Numbered from the stretch's first letter, positions 13,150-32,907 are shown. The stretch: 42,062 nucleotides of DNA from Paraspadella gotoi (GCA_051294375.1 CM119270.1:19023485-19065546), one strand, 5' to 3'. Numbers and translations: made by a program. Notes: generated from the sequence alone by a model not told the origin.

Positions 13150-14514
13150 TTTCAAAAAATGGGCGACAGCCGTCGGGGCGGGCAGAGGCAGACGGCGGCG
13201 GGGCAGCGACGGCGGCGCAACGGCCGCCGCCTGCGGAAAGCCAAAGAGCCGTTTTATTTACCATATTCCCACTCGTCAGAGTCGATGGTTGTAACCGCAT
13301 CGTGGTCGGGCCCGAGCCTGAGTCGCGTTATGGTCTCGATTAAGAAAGAAAGGATAAAGACGGAAATCTCGACGACGAAATTTTGTTGAGGGCCCGAACT
13401 CGTAGAGAATTGAGTAAGAACCGGCCGCGGAGGAGTATCTTATCTGCGTTCCCATTTAATTTTACGCTTACCGCGTCAGCGGCGCCGCTTCCCGTCGACG
13501 CGGCCGTGATAGACCTCTGGTCAGGTTCTGCTCTGAAGGATATGCTCGAGAACCGACCCTCCCAAGATGCCCTAGAGGATAGGGGGGAAAGGAGATTGGT
13601 GGGTCGGGGCGGATCACTTTCTCTCTCTCTCCTTTCAACTCAGTCTCTATCTCACCTCTCCCACCTTACCAAGGGGTCTCGTCTCTGGTCTCCCCATCTC
13701 CCTCTCCCTCTCGCCGATAACGGGTCGCACGGGAATACGCGGTGAAGAAAGCGCTTCCTTTCCTCTCGACGATACTTTCTGGTCCGAGCTTCGTGACTTT
13801 TTACAGAGCTCAAGGCTCATAGATGGCAGCGCCACGAACCCAAGGATATGTGGAATCATTACTGGCTTCCTCTTAGGCTTCCTCACATAATCTCCGTGTG
13901 GGATCGGGACGGCCCGCGGATCCGTTCAGGGAATACTAATAATCATACAAAGAATTTCCCGTGAGGATCGCCTTTTTCGCCCGTGACGAGGAAGGAAATA
14001 CTCCGAAACTGACGTTTCTCTCTTGCGTTCTTGCTACAGGTTTCTCAATTTTCATACACTGAATTTGTTCTGCGCTCCGTTTTCTTTTTGGGACACGCCT
14101 GTGATAAATCACTGGTTATGTGAACTGTCATAAATTTCATGGATTCTGACGACGCCTTTTCCTGCTTTCCCTTAGCCAATTTTTTAGTATTAATCCGTAG
14201 GGTTTTTCACCACATACATTTGATAATTACAAAAATAGCCTTGATTCAAAATATGAAAATGCGTTTTTAAGATTTATATAGTCTATTTCTATACTTAATT
14301 TTATCAAATTACTGAATGAACATATGAACTAACATCTTTTATTGTTAGTATATCGAGCGAATGAACAAAAAGACCGACCTGCTAAGTCGCCGCTCAAAAA
14401 ACGCGATTTTCATCAACGCATCCATTTCAAATGCAAATTGCAAAGATGGAATCATGCGTCGGCACGAAGAAGGAAAGAGAGATCGAGTGTCGAAGGTGGA
14501 ATTTTGAAATGGTT
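13150..14514 (-). other. Possible fragments of an unidentified minus-strand gene upstream of PRPF3
   Basis: Minus-strand splice signals include a 31-nt GTAAAT..TTTCCGCAG intron at ~13231-13261 and a GTAAGC donor at ~13471, plus a Pro/Ala-rich terminal exon. The sequence is too noisy to translate to a known family. Confidence 0.3.
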
Positions 14515-14783
14515 NNNNNNNNNNNNNNNNNNNNNNNNNNNNNNNNNNNNNNNNNNNNNNNNNNNNNNNNNNNNNNNNNNNNNNNNNNNNNNNNNNNNNN
14601 NNNNNNNNNNNNNNNNNNNNNNNNNNNNNNNNNNNNNNNNNNNNNNNNNNNNNNNNNNNNNNNNNNNNNNNNNNNNNNNNNNNNNNNNNNNNNNNNNNNN
14701 NNNNNNNNNNNNNNNNNNNNNNNNNNNNNNNNNNNNNNNNNNNNNNNNNNNNNNNNNNNNNNNNNNNNNNNNNNNNNNNNNNN
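14515..14783. other. Assembly gap separating two sequence regimes; other gaps at 610-634, 18310-18493, 18582-18740, 19516-19568, 38107-38582 and 39800-39809
   Basis: N runs. Confidence 0.99.
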
Positions 14784-16116
14784 TGGAGAGGGAGATGGTT
14801 CTACGCAAAATAAGTGATGACTTATCTTGCGGTGAATTGACAGGTCACATAGTTCACTTTCTGAAACGTAGGAATTCAACTTCACGTCTCCTCTCACTCT
14901 CTGCGCTTCTTTGTTAAAACATATTCTATACACTCTTGATTCATATTATTCATCTATCAATTAATTTAGTCGTCTACTGATTAATTCATTCATTTATTGA
15001 TTAAACTACTCAATAAAAATACTAATTATTTAATGTTAGGAAGAGTAATGTAAACAAAAGATCACCATTCAGAGAAATTAATTTTAATTCTTAAATCTCT
15101 GCAAAATTCGTCTCTTGATAAATTGATCTCATTTTTCGGAAATTTGTTTTTTCTTTTATCGCTGTCATCGTCAACATCGTTGCTTTCGTCGTCGTCGTCG
15201 TCGTCGTCATTGATTCGATCGCACGCGACGAATTCGCCTTTTGTCTAAAGGCGAACCCTAAGGGCGAAGGGCAAACACACTACCAGGGGAGCGAAGGAGG
15301 GAAACGACGACGACGACAATGACGACGATGACAATGACGACGACGACGTCAAACCAGCAAAAGTTTGGAGATCAAATCCCAAACTGAAATTTAATTCGTC
15401 GATGAGGCTTTATCTAATTTGGAGTAGAGTTGAATTTAAGTAATGGTGGGGAATATAATATTTTTACTAATAGAACGCCTACAATGATGCCTACGACGAC
15501 GACGACGACGACTACAACGACGACGACGACAACAACAACAGACGATTGTAAGCGACAAATGGAGCGAAACCCTGAGATCATTTCGTGGAATCGAAAAATG
15601 GTTAAATCGTTGAAAAATGGAGTTGGACGTAAGCCGCCATCGCCGCCGCCGCCGCCATCGCCGCCGTCGTCGTCGCCTCCTCCGTCGCCGCCTCTGACGC
15701 CGCCGCCGCAGTCTCGACAATGGCCGGCGTCATTGCGCGCCATCGTCGCCGACAACGCCGCGTGGGTTTAGCAGAAACGACGAAAGGTAGGAATGGAATC
15801 GGAGGAAAGTGAATTTGAGGAATTTGGTGAATTTTGGTGAGAAAAAAAGGGGCAGTGAAAATAACTGTGGTTAATGGAAGAAGTATTTAAATTTTATTAT
15901 ATTTATCATTCGTCATTTATGTATATTTTAGAGAGGACTAAATCGGGCGAGCATCGAGTACCGAAAAAAGACATTCAGGCAAAACCATTTTTTTTAAAAA
16001 AAATGTTTTTATTTCATTCTATATAAATCTAATTCAATCCTAATGCTAATTTAAAAGCCCTTCTTTTATATTCACAACAAAAAACCGCAATTCAAACTCG
16101 GGCAACAAAAACATTT

Positions 16117-16147
<31 letters not shown>

Positions 16148-16528
16148 AAAAACATTTCGAATTTTAATCATTTTTTCTTTGAAATTCGACGCATTATTTT
16201 TTAGATTTTGACTTTTACGATTCGCGTTTTGCGTGTTACGCGTCCAGCGTCTCCCGTCTCCCGTCTCGCGGGACGCGTCCGTACGTCAACACGGTCCAAT
16301 GTCGGTCCATTCAACGATGGAATCAACGAGAAACGAAAAGATTTACGGTCGACGTCGTTTGTCCAAAAATTTCAACGATTTCTGTTTTTCTTTTTTGGGC
16401 AGAAAAATTGGGACACAAAACGGAATGGAATTTAGAGCAAAAACAGAAGTCGATTGATGAAGATTAGGGATGAAATCGACGGAATGTCGATCAAATTTAT
16501 TGGAAGATGATTGACTTTTTGTCGACCT

Positions 16529-16646
<118 letters not shown>

Positions 16647-17960
16647 TCGCATTTAACAGATTTTCAGCCGACGAAGTACAGCGTCAACCAATAACCGAAT
16701 CGCCACCTTTCTAGGTCAAGCAGATGTGACCATATCGATTCAAAATATCTGGGGGCGTTTTCCTAGATTTGAGTTATGTTTACTTTTTTAAAAGCTAAAG
16801 CTTTATTTTAAAACTTATGGTCACCTCACTTGACTTTTACCACCTCATGCCACCTTTTGCCATCTTTTCGCCACCTCAATTCGAAACTCAGCCTCCAGAG
16901 GTCGCCACTATGTCGCCATCTTTTAAAATTCTCATTTATTCTCATCAAGTTTTGGGAACGAAAGTCGAGACTCAGCGGTTGAGAGTCAAAGAGGTCCAAA
17001 GTTAAACGTCTAAAGTCCGACTCACTCTCTCTCTGTCTCTCTCTTTCTCTGTCTCCCTTTTTTCTTTTCTTTTTCGTTCCTTTCTTTCAAACTGTCCCTT
17101 TTTCTTTTCGGTTTTCTCTTTTCTTTTTTCCCTCTTCATTAACCCTTCTGACCTCCCGTGCTTTTCTTTCTTATTCAGAGAGATTTTCTTTCCTTTTATT
17201 TGTCTATAACTTTCATGACGCCTATACGGTTTAATTATAACATACATCATATGAAAGCATTTGTTATCATTGTTATTCTTTCCCTTACCTTTCGTTCCTT
17301 TCCTTATCTTTCCTTTCCTTTTCCTTACCTCCAATTCCTTTCCTTATCTTTCCTTTCCTTCCCTTACCTTTTGTTCCTTTCCTTATCTTTCCTTTCCTTT
17401 TCCTTACTTCCAATTCCTTTCCTTTTTATTTCCTTATCTTTTCTTACTCAACCGCAGCGAGAGAGAGACGAGGCCAGAGTCTTGGGAGAGTCGTATGTCA
17501 TCTCAAACGACGACGACGACGACGACGACGACAATTTTTACTACCGTTACGCCTACGACGACGACGACGACGACGACAACAACCATGACTACGAATTCAT
17601 CAAGGCGGTCGTCCTCCCGAGGGAAAGAAAAAAGAAAGAATATGACGATTTCCTTGGGAACGAAATAAAAAAAAATATTCAAATTGAGTTTTTTTCGGGA
17701 GGTATAATTATTCATTTTAAAGGCCTTAAACGCTATGCAGGGTTGGAAAGATTTTTGGGATTGTGTTGAGGGCGAAAGAAAAGGTACGAAGAGGAAAAGA
17801 AATACTTATATAAACTTACTAATTTTATGGTCAAAATTTAATTAAATAGTCATGGTACTAATTTCAATTTCAACTTATTTCACAGATTCCAAACCACCTT
17901 GCCCCCCTTCTCTTATAACCCCCCCTCTCAAGCATCCATTTCCGACGCGTTCAACACGTG

Positions 17961-18036
<76 letters not shown>

Positions 18037-18070
18037 CACACGACGATATCACGAGAGAGTCTTTTTTCAA

Positions 18071-18121
18071 GTCACGTGACATCGCGACGTCTCCCGCGCG
18101 TAACCGACTCAGTCACGTGAC
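18071..18121. promoter_or_regulatory. Two perfect GTCACGTGAC palindromes (CLEAR/USF-type E-boxes)
   Basis: 10-bp palindromes at 18071-18080 and 18112-18121 in a CpG-rich patch. Confidence 0.35.
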
Positions 18122-19110
18122 TTCCGCCCGACCCATTCACGAAAACCGCGCGACGGTGAACGCGTGAATTCTTTGGGGCGACTCTGTCTCGTGATCGTTA
18201 GAGCGTGATGTCGCTTTCACTCCTTTCCTTTGGGTTTTGTCTCTTTGTTTTTTATTGTGACAAAACTATATCTTGCTATTTCTCTATGGATTTTTCTTAT
18301 GTTATGTTANNNNNNNNNNNNNNNNNNNNNNNNNNNNNNNNNNNNNNNNNNNNNNNNNNNNNNNNNNNNNNNNNNNNNNNNNNNNNNNNNNNNNNNNNNN
18401 NNNNNNNNNNNNNNNNNNNNNNNNNNNNNNNNNNNNNNNNNNNNNNNNNNNNNNNNNNNNNNNNNNNNNNNNNNNNNNNNNNNNNNNNNNNNNATCTTAT
18501 GTTTGTTCATCTTCTCAAGATTTTCAGTGACATTAGAAACCTCGGTAGTGTAGATAAATTTTAATAAAACACACACTCTATNNNNNNNNNNNNNNNNNNN
18601 NNNNNNNNNNNNNNNNNNNNNNNNNNNNNNNNNNNNNNNNNNNNNNNNNNNNNNNNNNNNNNNNNNNNNNNNNNNNNNNNNNNNNNNNNNNNNNNNNNNN
18701 NNNNNNNNNNNNNNNNNNNNNNNNNNNNNNNNNNNNNNNNGTTTCTCAGTTTCGTCCCTTGCCCCGCCCTGCCCTCCCAGCCTCTCCCTCCCAGCCCTGC
18801 CCGCGTGGCACGGGCTTGGGTTCGGCCTCGACGCCACTGACGCGAAGGTAATTAAATGAGTCTCGAGTCGAAACCGAAAATCGAGTTAAGAGACAAAAGA
18901 AGAAAAAGACAAAGGATATTAAGGGGAGGAGGAGGAGGAGAGAGGAAGAAAGGGAAGGGAGAGGACGAAGAGCTGAAACGAGAGAAACAGAAATAAATAC
19001 AAAAATTAATATTATATAAAATTAATATAAGAACAAATACATGGCGAGGTTAACGACGATGAGGAAAGAAGGAGGATGAGGATAAAGAAGACGAAAAAAT
19101 GAGGATGGAG

Positions 19111-19173
<63 letters not shown>
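19111..19173. repeat. (GAC)n microsatellite
   Basis: Pure GAC run; many shorter GAC/TCG runs occur across the right block. Confidence 0.95.
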
Positions 19174-19174
<1 letters not shown>

Positions 19175-20104
19175 TTGACGACTACCGATACTGACATAAG
19201 TAGCGAACGAGAATAGGAAATCTATATCTCTCTCTAAAAAAAAATGCCCTTAGAGAATTCTAATCACGTGCTTGCAGGCAATCAATTGGAAAAGGCAGCT
19301 TCTGCTTGTAGCGTCTCAGCAATGGAGGTTGCAATCACGTTGCAAGAGAAACAAATAGAAAGAAATTAAATTATCAGTTTTATAGAGAATAAAACTTTTT
19401 AGGACCTCGTATTTTTTTTCCAACAAATTTCGCGAAATTCAAATGGAAACGAAAAAGTCAACAAAGAATCGAGGTCGTTTGTCGAAGATGACGACGACGA
19501 CGACGACGACGACGANNNNNNNNNNNNNNNNNNNNNNNNNNNNNNNNNNNNNNNNNNNNNNNNNNNNNGGAGAGGAAGAGGAGTAGAAGGAGCGGATGCG
19601 GAAGTAGGTCGAAGGGCGGGAGAAGCATCGGCCGCACGCGGCTGCTCCCATCAGGAGCTGCGCTGGATACGATGGCTTTGAGTTATAGCCATGAATCTGG
19701 ATGGTTAAGTAAGACGGAAGTTTTGGAGAAGCGGCGACTTTGCAGCAAAGTGAGTCTTTTTTAGGGCGAAGTCACTTTTTCCGGAAAGCGAGGAATTTCG
19801 AAGCATTTACGCCTTCTGAGAAAATGATAAAAGCAGAGAAGGAAAGAAAAAGCAGCTTAGAATAAAGAAAAAAAAAGAAGCAAAGAGAAAGCGTTCAAGT
19901 GGAAAGTCTTTGATATTCCTTTCACTTTTCTCTTTCACTTTTCAATTTCTTTCTTTCAAATTTTTCCGAATCAATAGGATGAATAAAAAAAATATTAAAT
20001 ATTCTGTCAACGTTTTTTCTTTCAAATTTAAAACTGTTTCTTTCTTTCCCCTTCGCTCGTTCTGAACAGCGACGCTCTCTCTCTCACTCTCTCTCTCTCT
20101 CTCG

Positions 20105-20145
<41 letters not shown>

Positions 20146-20957
20146 CTCTCTCTCTCTCTCTCTCTCTCAGAATATCCTTAATTTTTTTCTCCTTCTTTCC
20201 CCGTCAGTCGTCACCATTTTTCTCTTTCACTTTTAGTTTTTTTTACCTTCCTTCTTCCTTTTTTTCCTCTCGCTCTCGCTCTCCCTCTCTTCCTCCTTCT
20301 CCTCCCTAAGCTAATTGTCGTTTCATCAATTTATGCAAAGGTAAACATGGAGGCGGAAGAGGAAGAGGAAGAGGAAGAGGTAGAGGAAGAGGAGGAGGAG
20401 GAGGCTCAACACCCTCGGGACATCCGAGGAAAGAGCTCCACTGTAATTTTGTTAAGTTGAGAAAAAGAAGTAAAATAGTATGTTATTGTTACTTACGTAG
20501 TCATTGTAGTTTATTTATAGGTTCGTTACTAAATTTTAGATTTGGTAAGGTCTTAATTCAGTCATTAACTCGTTTCGTAATATTAAAAAAATATACATAT
20601 ATAATATATTTAACTTTTTAATCAAACCATTCAAAAATAATTTCTTTTTGTAATATTTAACCGTCATCATGAACATCATTAATTAATTAATTCTTTTCTT
20701 CCCTCATCAAAAACTTTTTTTTTCTCTCTCGACATTTCCTGCGACGTCGACCTTTAAATTTCCCTCATTCGTCTCTCCTTTCCTCTATTCTTCTTTTCTT
20801 TTCCTTTCCTTTCCTCCACGCTCCTCTTTTCTCCATTCACCTTTCCTCGGATCTCCTTTATGTTCCTTTCCTTTTTCTTATTTTATTCCCCTTAATTTCC
20901 TCGCCATTCGCTTCGCTGCGGTTGGGCCTTCCCTCTCTCTCTCTTTCTCTTTCTCTT

Positions 20958-21065
<108 letters not shown>

Positions 21066-21513
21066 TCACCCCTTTCCCCAAAATTCTGACCACATCCTTC
21101 TTCTGCTCGAATTTCGACGTCATTAAGATTCCAAAGTCACGATTTTTTTTTCAATTCCGTTTGCAAAGATCTTTTTCTTATTATTATTTCTATTACACTT
21201 TTAATTTAACAACGAAGGACCCCATTGAATCCCGATCGTATTTTCGATCGTCAATAAATTCAAACCGAATTCGACTTTTTTTAAATTCAATTCATAAACT
21301 CGATAAAAAAGGATGAAAAAAAAACCCATTTCATCTTTTCATCTAATATAAATTCGCTAAAAATAAAATCCAATTTTATTTATTTTTTTTTTTTTCGGCG
21401 GGATCTTTCTTTTTTTTATTTCCTCTTGCATCGCTTCCTCCCTTTCCTCCTCCTCCTCCTCATTCCTCCTTCCTCCTTTCTCCCTCCCCTTCACGTCACG
21501 ACCCTGAGGCGAG

Positions 21514-21590
21514 TGAGTCACTTGTAGCTTCGAGATCACGTGACTCAAATCGAGTCTCACGTGACTCGAAAAACGACGAAGGTGACGTCA
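21514..21590. promoter_or_regulatory. Cluster of bZIP/bHLH consensus sites (putative enhancer or promoter)
   Basis: TGAGTCA (21514), TCACGTGAC (21536, 21557), TGACTCA (21541) and TGACGTCA (21583) within 77 bp. Confidence 0.4.
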
Positions 21591-21640
21591 TCGAGGCGAA
21601 GGAATTCTTCACTTGTTGCGTCGCGAGTTTGTTCGTTTCT

Positions 21641-21697
21641 GTGGTCGTTATTGTGGTCGTTATTGTGGTCGTTATTGTGGTCGTTATTGTGGTCATT
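21641..21697 (+). repeat. 12-bp tandem repeat (GTGGTCGTTATT), ~5 copies
   Basis: Directly visible. Confidence 0.9.
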
Positions 21698-24666
21698 ACG
21701 GTTGTGGTGGTCGTTCTGGTCGGGGTCATTGTCAAAGTCGCAAGGGTTTTTGCTTGATGTTGTTTTTTTTTGTTTGATGGAAGCGATGTTAATGCATGTA
21801 AGCGTCAGATGAAACCAGCAACAACAACAACAGAAAACAACAAAAAAACAACTACAATAAAAATGACGACGACGACGACGATTACAAGAAAGCACAGATT
21901 TCTCTATATATTCTTTCTAACGGGATTAGTAGCCTTGCTCAAACTCAAAGGGAGAAAAAAAAAGCCCAAAAAAAAGAAAGAAATAAGAAAAAAGAAAATT
22001 TTAAAATAATCCGTCCTCTTCTTCGGTTCGAGTTGAAAACAATAAAAACAAAGAGAATTAAATCGAATCCAGAAGGAGAAGAAGGAGATGAGAGAAGGAG
22101 AGGAAGGGAGAGAAGCGGGTAGAAGGAGAGGAGAAAAATAGAGAGAAAAAAAAAATTTGAAATAGAGGATAATAAGGATAAGAGAAACAGAGAGAAGATG
22201 AGAGAAGAGAGAGAGAGAGAGAGAGAAGGATGGAGAGAGAGGAGAGATTTGAGAGAGAGAGGAGAGAGAGAGAGAGAGCTTGAGAGAGAGAGACGAAAAT
22301 AACGACTGTTGTCAGTCCTGGACTAATCATTCTCTTTTTGGTCAGTGAAGAATTTAATTAGAGATATTTATTTATTTGTATAGGATGTAAAGAATGGATA
22401 AAAATAGATATGAGAGATAAAGGAAGAAAATATGTGAAATAGAGAATTATTACTAAGCTTGAAGATAAGATTATTATTTTCACCAGAACATGCAGTATTT
22501 TTTACAGACACAGAGATATCCCCCTGTCATTGCGTTTTAGTGGATTTCCCTGTACTGTTGAGAATGCCTCACATCCACTTAAAAATCCATTTCGAACAAA
22601 AAAAAAAAAAATAAGAGACTGGTGGAAATAGAAACGACAACGTTCTGGGGAGGTCGATCATAGGAAAGGCAGCAGGAAAAAGCGCTCATCTCCGTCTCCG
22701 CTTCTGCTTCTCACTCTCTCTCTCTCGTCTCCGCTCTACCCATCCTTCTACTCTCTCTCTATCAGTGCTTCTCCGCTCTCTCTCACTCACGCCTCCCGTT
22801 CCGTTACTCGTCCCGTACGCCTCTGCTTCTACCCCTTGCCTTCCTCTCCCGTCCGCGCTTCGGCTCCGCTCTCCCTTCTCGCCCCCCCGGCCCCTCGTTG
22901 AGTCTTCCGCTCCTCCTCCTCTCCTCAAGTCCGCTTCGATCTCCCTTACGTCCTCATCTCTCTCCGATCTCCCGGTTGATTACGCGGTGGGGTGATTCAT
23001 CTGAGCTAATCTGCTCCTGCGTCTCACCGGCTCAGGCTGCGGGCATTGCGCGTCTCCTTCTCTTCTGCTCTAACTCTCTGCGACTCGTTCTTACTTCTTT
23101 CTTCGCCTCATTCTTTTCTGGGTGTGCTCGCGAGGTGAGACGTTATTAGGAGCTGCTATCCAGGTGATCGAGCTTGTCTCGCTACTTCCTCCAACGCGTA
23201 AGCCATTTCCTCGCTCGTGAGGTCGTGCTCAGTGTGCGTTCGTTGTCTCGTAGATTCTGACTTCTAGCGTGCGGGGAGGGCTCTTGTGTGCCGGAGAATG
23301 GCTGCTCGTGCTCACTCGCCTCTCCCTCAGCCTCTCTCTCCCAGGCTGTCTCTCAGTCTGTCACGTCTCCGTCCATGCTGGGTCACCATTTCTCTCTCTC
23401 CCCGCGTCTCAGATCGACTCTGTCTCTGTCCTGTCAGGCTCGCGCATCTCTCGGTCCGGCCGCTTTTATTAGCCTGGGTCGGTCTTTCTGCTCCTCTCTC
23501 TCTCTCTCATTCCCTTCCCTCATTTATCTATTCTTCTCGAATATGGGATCTGATTCTGATTCGAAGCTCAGAACGGAATTTTTCAACTCGAACCAGCATT
23601 TTCCATTTAAATTCTTTCCTTTTCTTTTCTCTCTTTTCTCTTTTCTTTTCTTTCTTTCTTTTCTTTCTTGCTTTTTTCTCTTTTTCTTTCTTTTTTTTTT
23701 TTTTCTTTTTTCTTTTCTTTCTTTTTTTCTTCTTTTTTTGTTTTTTTTTTTTTGTTCCTTTTCCTTTGTTTTCTCTTTTTTTCTTTTCTTTTCTTTTCTT
23801 TTCTTTTCTTTTCTCTCCCTGTTTCGTATTTATCGTGCGACGACAATAACAACTTGATCTGTTAGAAATATTTACGAAATGTATTATGACAGTAATAAAT
23901 AAACAATATAAATAAAAAAATCAAAATTCGATTTAAACTGCCAACAGTTAATTTAAAATTTAGTTATATTTTTTTCTCAATAATCTTGAATTTTACATTA
24001 ACGTATAATTGACAAAGAAAAAAAACGTCAAATTGTTAAAACTTTTTATTAAACATAAAAAAATTAAATAAATTAAAAATTGTCATTTTTTTTGTCACTC
24101 ATCACTTTGTCACCCAATTTCCAAATTTCCCTTTGAGTCAAAATCTTCCTTAACCTTTTATTCATCATTTCCAAAAATAGGTTTTCTTTTCCAGGATGCA
24201 AAACTCGTTTCATTTCTCATTTTTCTTTTTCAGTTTTTAATTACGGTTTTTACACTGAAGTTAAACTGGATCCACGCGATTTTTAGTCAGTCGTTTTCGT
24301 CGTCGTCGTCGTCGTCATTATAGTCGTCGTTTCATTCTTGTAAACTTCCCAGTAATTTTTTTTCAAACAATGGAACTGCGGGATTGAAAAATGTTACGAA
24401 TATTTGTCGTCGAAGAAGAAAAAGATAAAAAAAATATTTGTTTTGTGTCGAAAAACTTGAAATTCAGGACGAAAAAAAACAACATTTTATCACCAAAAAA
24501 AAAAAGAATGATAAACAGAAACGAAATTTAACGACTCAAAAATGATAAAACCAATGATAAACCAATGATAAAGCCATTCTGACCTTGGATAATTACGAAA
24601 AGTAATCAAAATAAAGCAAAAACAAAACAAAACAAAAACAATTACCAAAAAGAAAACAAAAGGAGG

Positions 24667-30590
<5,924 letters not shown>

Positions 30591-31111
30591 AGAGTGGGAA
30601 GGGGGGTTGGACGAGAGTGGAGGCGGTGGGAGATGTGAGGGTGAGGTGGTCTTTGAAGTAAGGACTGAAGATGGCGTTTGAACAAAAAACGAGTTCCGAA
30701 TTCAGATCGATATGTATCAAAATGACTCTGTTTTATAAAACTCTCCAATTTTTGTTTCAATAAAACTGTTCTTTTTTTCTGAAAGCATGATGTAGTCTCT
30801 ATGAGTATTGTCGCTCATTATGATTTTAAAATAAAATATGAGAAAGAAAAGATAAAGAAAGAAAAACAAAAGAAAGAAAAAGAAAAAAGTTAAGAAAATA
30901 AAGGAAAAAGAAACAGAAAATAGTAAAATTAAAAAGAAATGGAAAAGAAAAAGAAGAATAAAAAAATAAATAAAAAGAAAAAGAAAATGAGAGAGAAAAA
31001 AAAATAAAAAGAAAAAGAAAAGATTTTCTTGTTCGTCTCCTGATTTCTCTTTTGTTTCTCCATTTCCTTTTCTAAGAAAAATTTCGCGGCGCATTTCCCT
31101 GGGGACCACTC

Positions 31112-31166
<55 letters not shown>

Positions 31167-31603
31167 GAGAGATGAGAGAGACGACGTGAGAGAGATGAGA
31201 GAGATGAGAGGAGAGAGAGAGAGAACTTTGCAGCCGGGAAACAAACGAGATTAGTGCCAAGTGGGAAGGAATCTGCAGCAAAGTTGAAGGGAAAAAAGAA
31301 GAAAATGAGGAAAAGAAAAGAGAAGGAGAAAAAATAAAGAGAAAAAAGAAGAAAAGGAGGAAAAGAAAAAAGAAGAAAAAAAAAGGAAAAAAAGAAGAAA
31401 AGGAGGAAAAGAAAAGAGAAGGAGAAAAGAGAAAGAGAAAAAAGACGAAAGGGAGGAAAAGAAAAGAGAGGGAGAAAAAAGAAAGTCAAAGAAAAATATG
31501 GAGGACATTAGATATAGCCTTATCTTATCTTATCTGTTTCAAAAAAAAATAAATTTCAACGATAAATTGAGTCAAATACTACTGAATCAGGAAACCGCGC
31601 CGC

Positions 31604-32245
31604 AATTATGAAATCCGTGTACATTGTCAATATAATCAATATAAAAACTATCCATTCATTTAATAAATAAGCGATCTTCCACTTGACTTTGGAGAGACTA
31701 TGGCGGTTTCAATCAAGACTCTCTCACAGTCTAGTTTATTCACTCCAAGAGTACCTGGTTTCCCTATCGATTAGGAGGTATAATGTTTCAAAGAATGGTT
31801 AATTAAGTTAAGTTTTAGATCGGGGAATACTATATTGTACTCCGCCCTAGCATCAAAATGCATAAAGATGATTGTTATGTACAAAATTTAGTTATGGGGA
31901 ATGATATTGATATTTTGATGCTGAGCGGAGTACAATATAGTATTCCCCGACTTAATAATTAAGGTAGTAGTCTTTTCATACAATTGAAACATTCTTTGAA
32001 ACATTATACCACTTCATTGATAGGAAAGCCAGGTACTCAGGGAGTGAATAAACGAGACTGTGAAAAAGTCTTGATTGAAAAATTGCAGGGACCTGCTATG
32101 TCATTATCTTGTAAGAGTGATGGAGGCCTTAAACCACCAAAGCCTGTCCATTGAACTTTGCACAATGTCCAAAGTCAGGGGCAAGATAGCTTATTTATTA
32201 AATGAATGAATAATTTTTATATTGTTTGTACCAATTTCATTAATT
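31604..32245. mobile_element. Foldback/MITE-like non-autonomous element (long imperfect inverted repeat)
   Basis: Three nested arm pairs: ~31637-31693 with 32168-32224; 31707-31797 with 31990-32080; and a perfect 26-bp pair, 31820-31845 with 31925-31950. Ends read AATTATGAAAT.../...ATTTCATTAATT. No coding capacity, and a partial copy occurs at 26532. Confidence 0.75.
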
Positions 32246-32849
32246 CTTGCACAGTAAAGTGAAAACGACGAAAGGCGAAATAGTAAAGCAGAGAAAGTAA
32301 ATAAAAACCAAAGGCAAAGGTCGTGAACTCAAAACTCGAGAAAAGAAAATTCGATTTGCATAACAAACGACGACGACGACGACGACGACGACGACCCCCC
32401 CCCAACATAACCGCGTCCTCCGAATGAAAAGGAAGTTATTCCCGATTCAGACCACGACTCAATCAAGAGACGAGCCAGACCCAAAATGGGCGTCTGATTT
32501 CGTAGAGTGGTTTCGTTGGAATTACGAGGGTGGTTCTTTTTTAGTCGGGGTGGTTTGTATTCAATGATAGGAAAGATCGATATATGTTCTAATTTTTTTT
32601 AAATAAAATCTTTCTCTCTTCAACCTTCCTCATTCAAATGTTTTACACATTACCCTACTTACTATCTCTCACACATATCTCACATAACTCCTGTCCTCCC
32701 CCCTTCCTCCTCCCCCCTTCCTTCTATTCCTCTTTTTCCTCCTACTCCTCCACCCCCCCCCCCGACCACAAAGAGAAATGGAAAGAATCGATTTTCGTCG
32801 AAAGTTTTTTTTTCTTCCAAACGAATCCACGCGTTTCGTCCTGTGATCG

Positions 32850-32907
<58 letters not shown>
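32850..32907. repeat. (TCG)n microsatellite
   Basis: Pure run. Confidence 0.95.

Noticed and set aside
22686-23560. GC/CT-rich stretch with several ORFs
   Set aside because: Resembles garbled low-quality read sequence over CT repeats, with no recognisable protein or splice structure. Similar noise at ~13560-13890, ~19569-19700, ~39811-40100 and ~41200-42062.
23286-23865. Long F/L/S- or K/E/R-rich ORFs here and at 17002-17450, 27624-27921 and 30717-31508
   Set aside because: Translations of microsatellite or low-complexity DNA. ORFs spanning N-gaps were likewise ignored.
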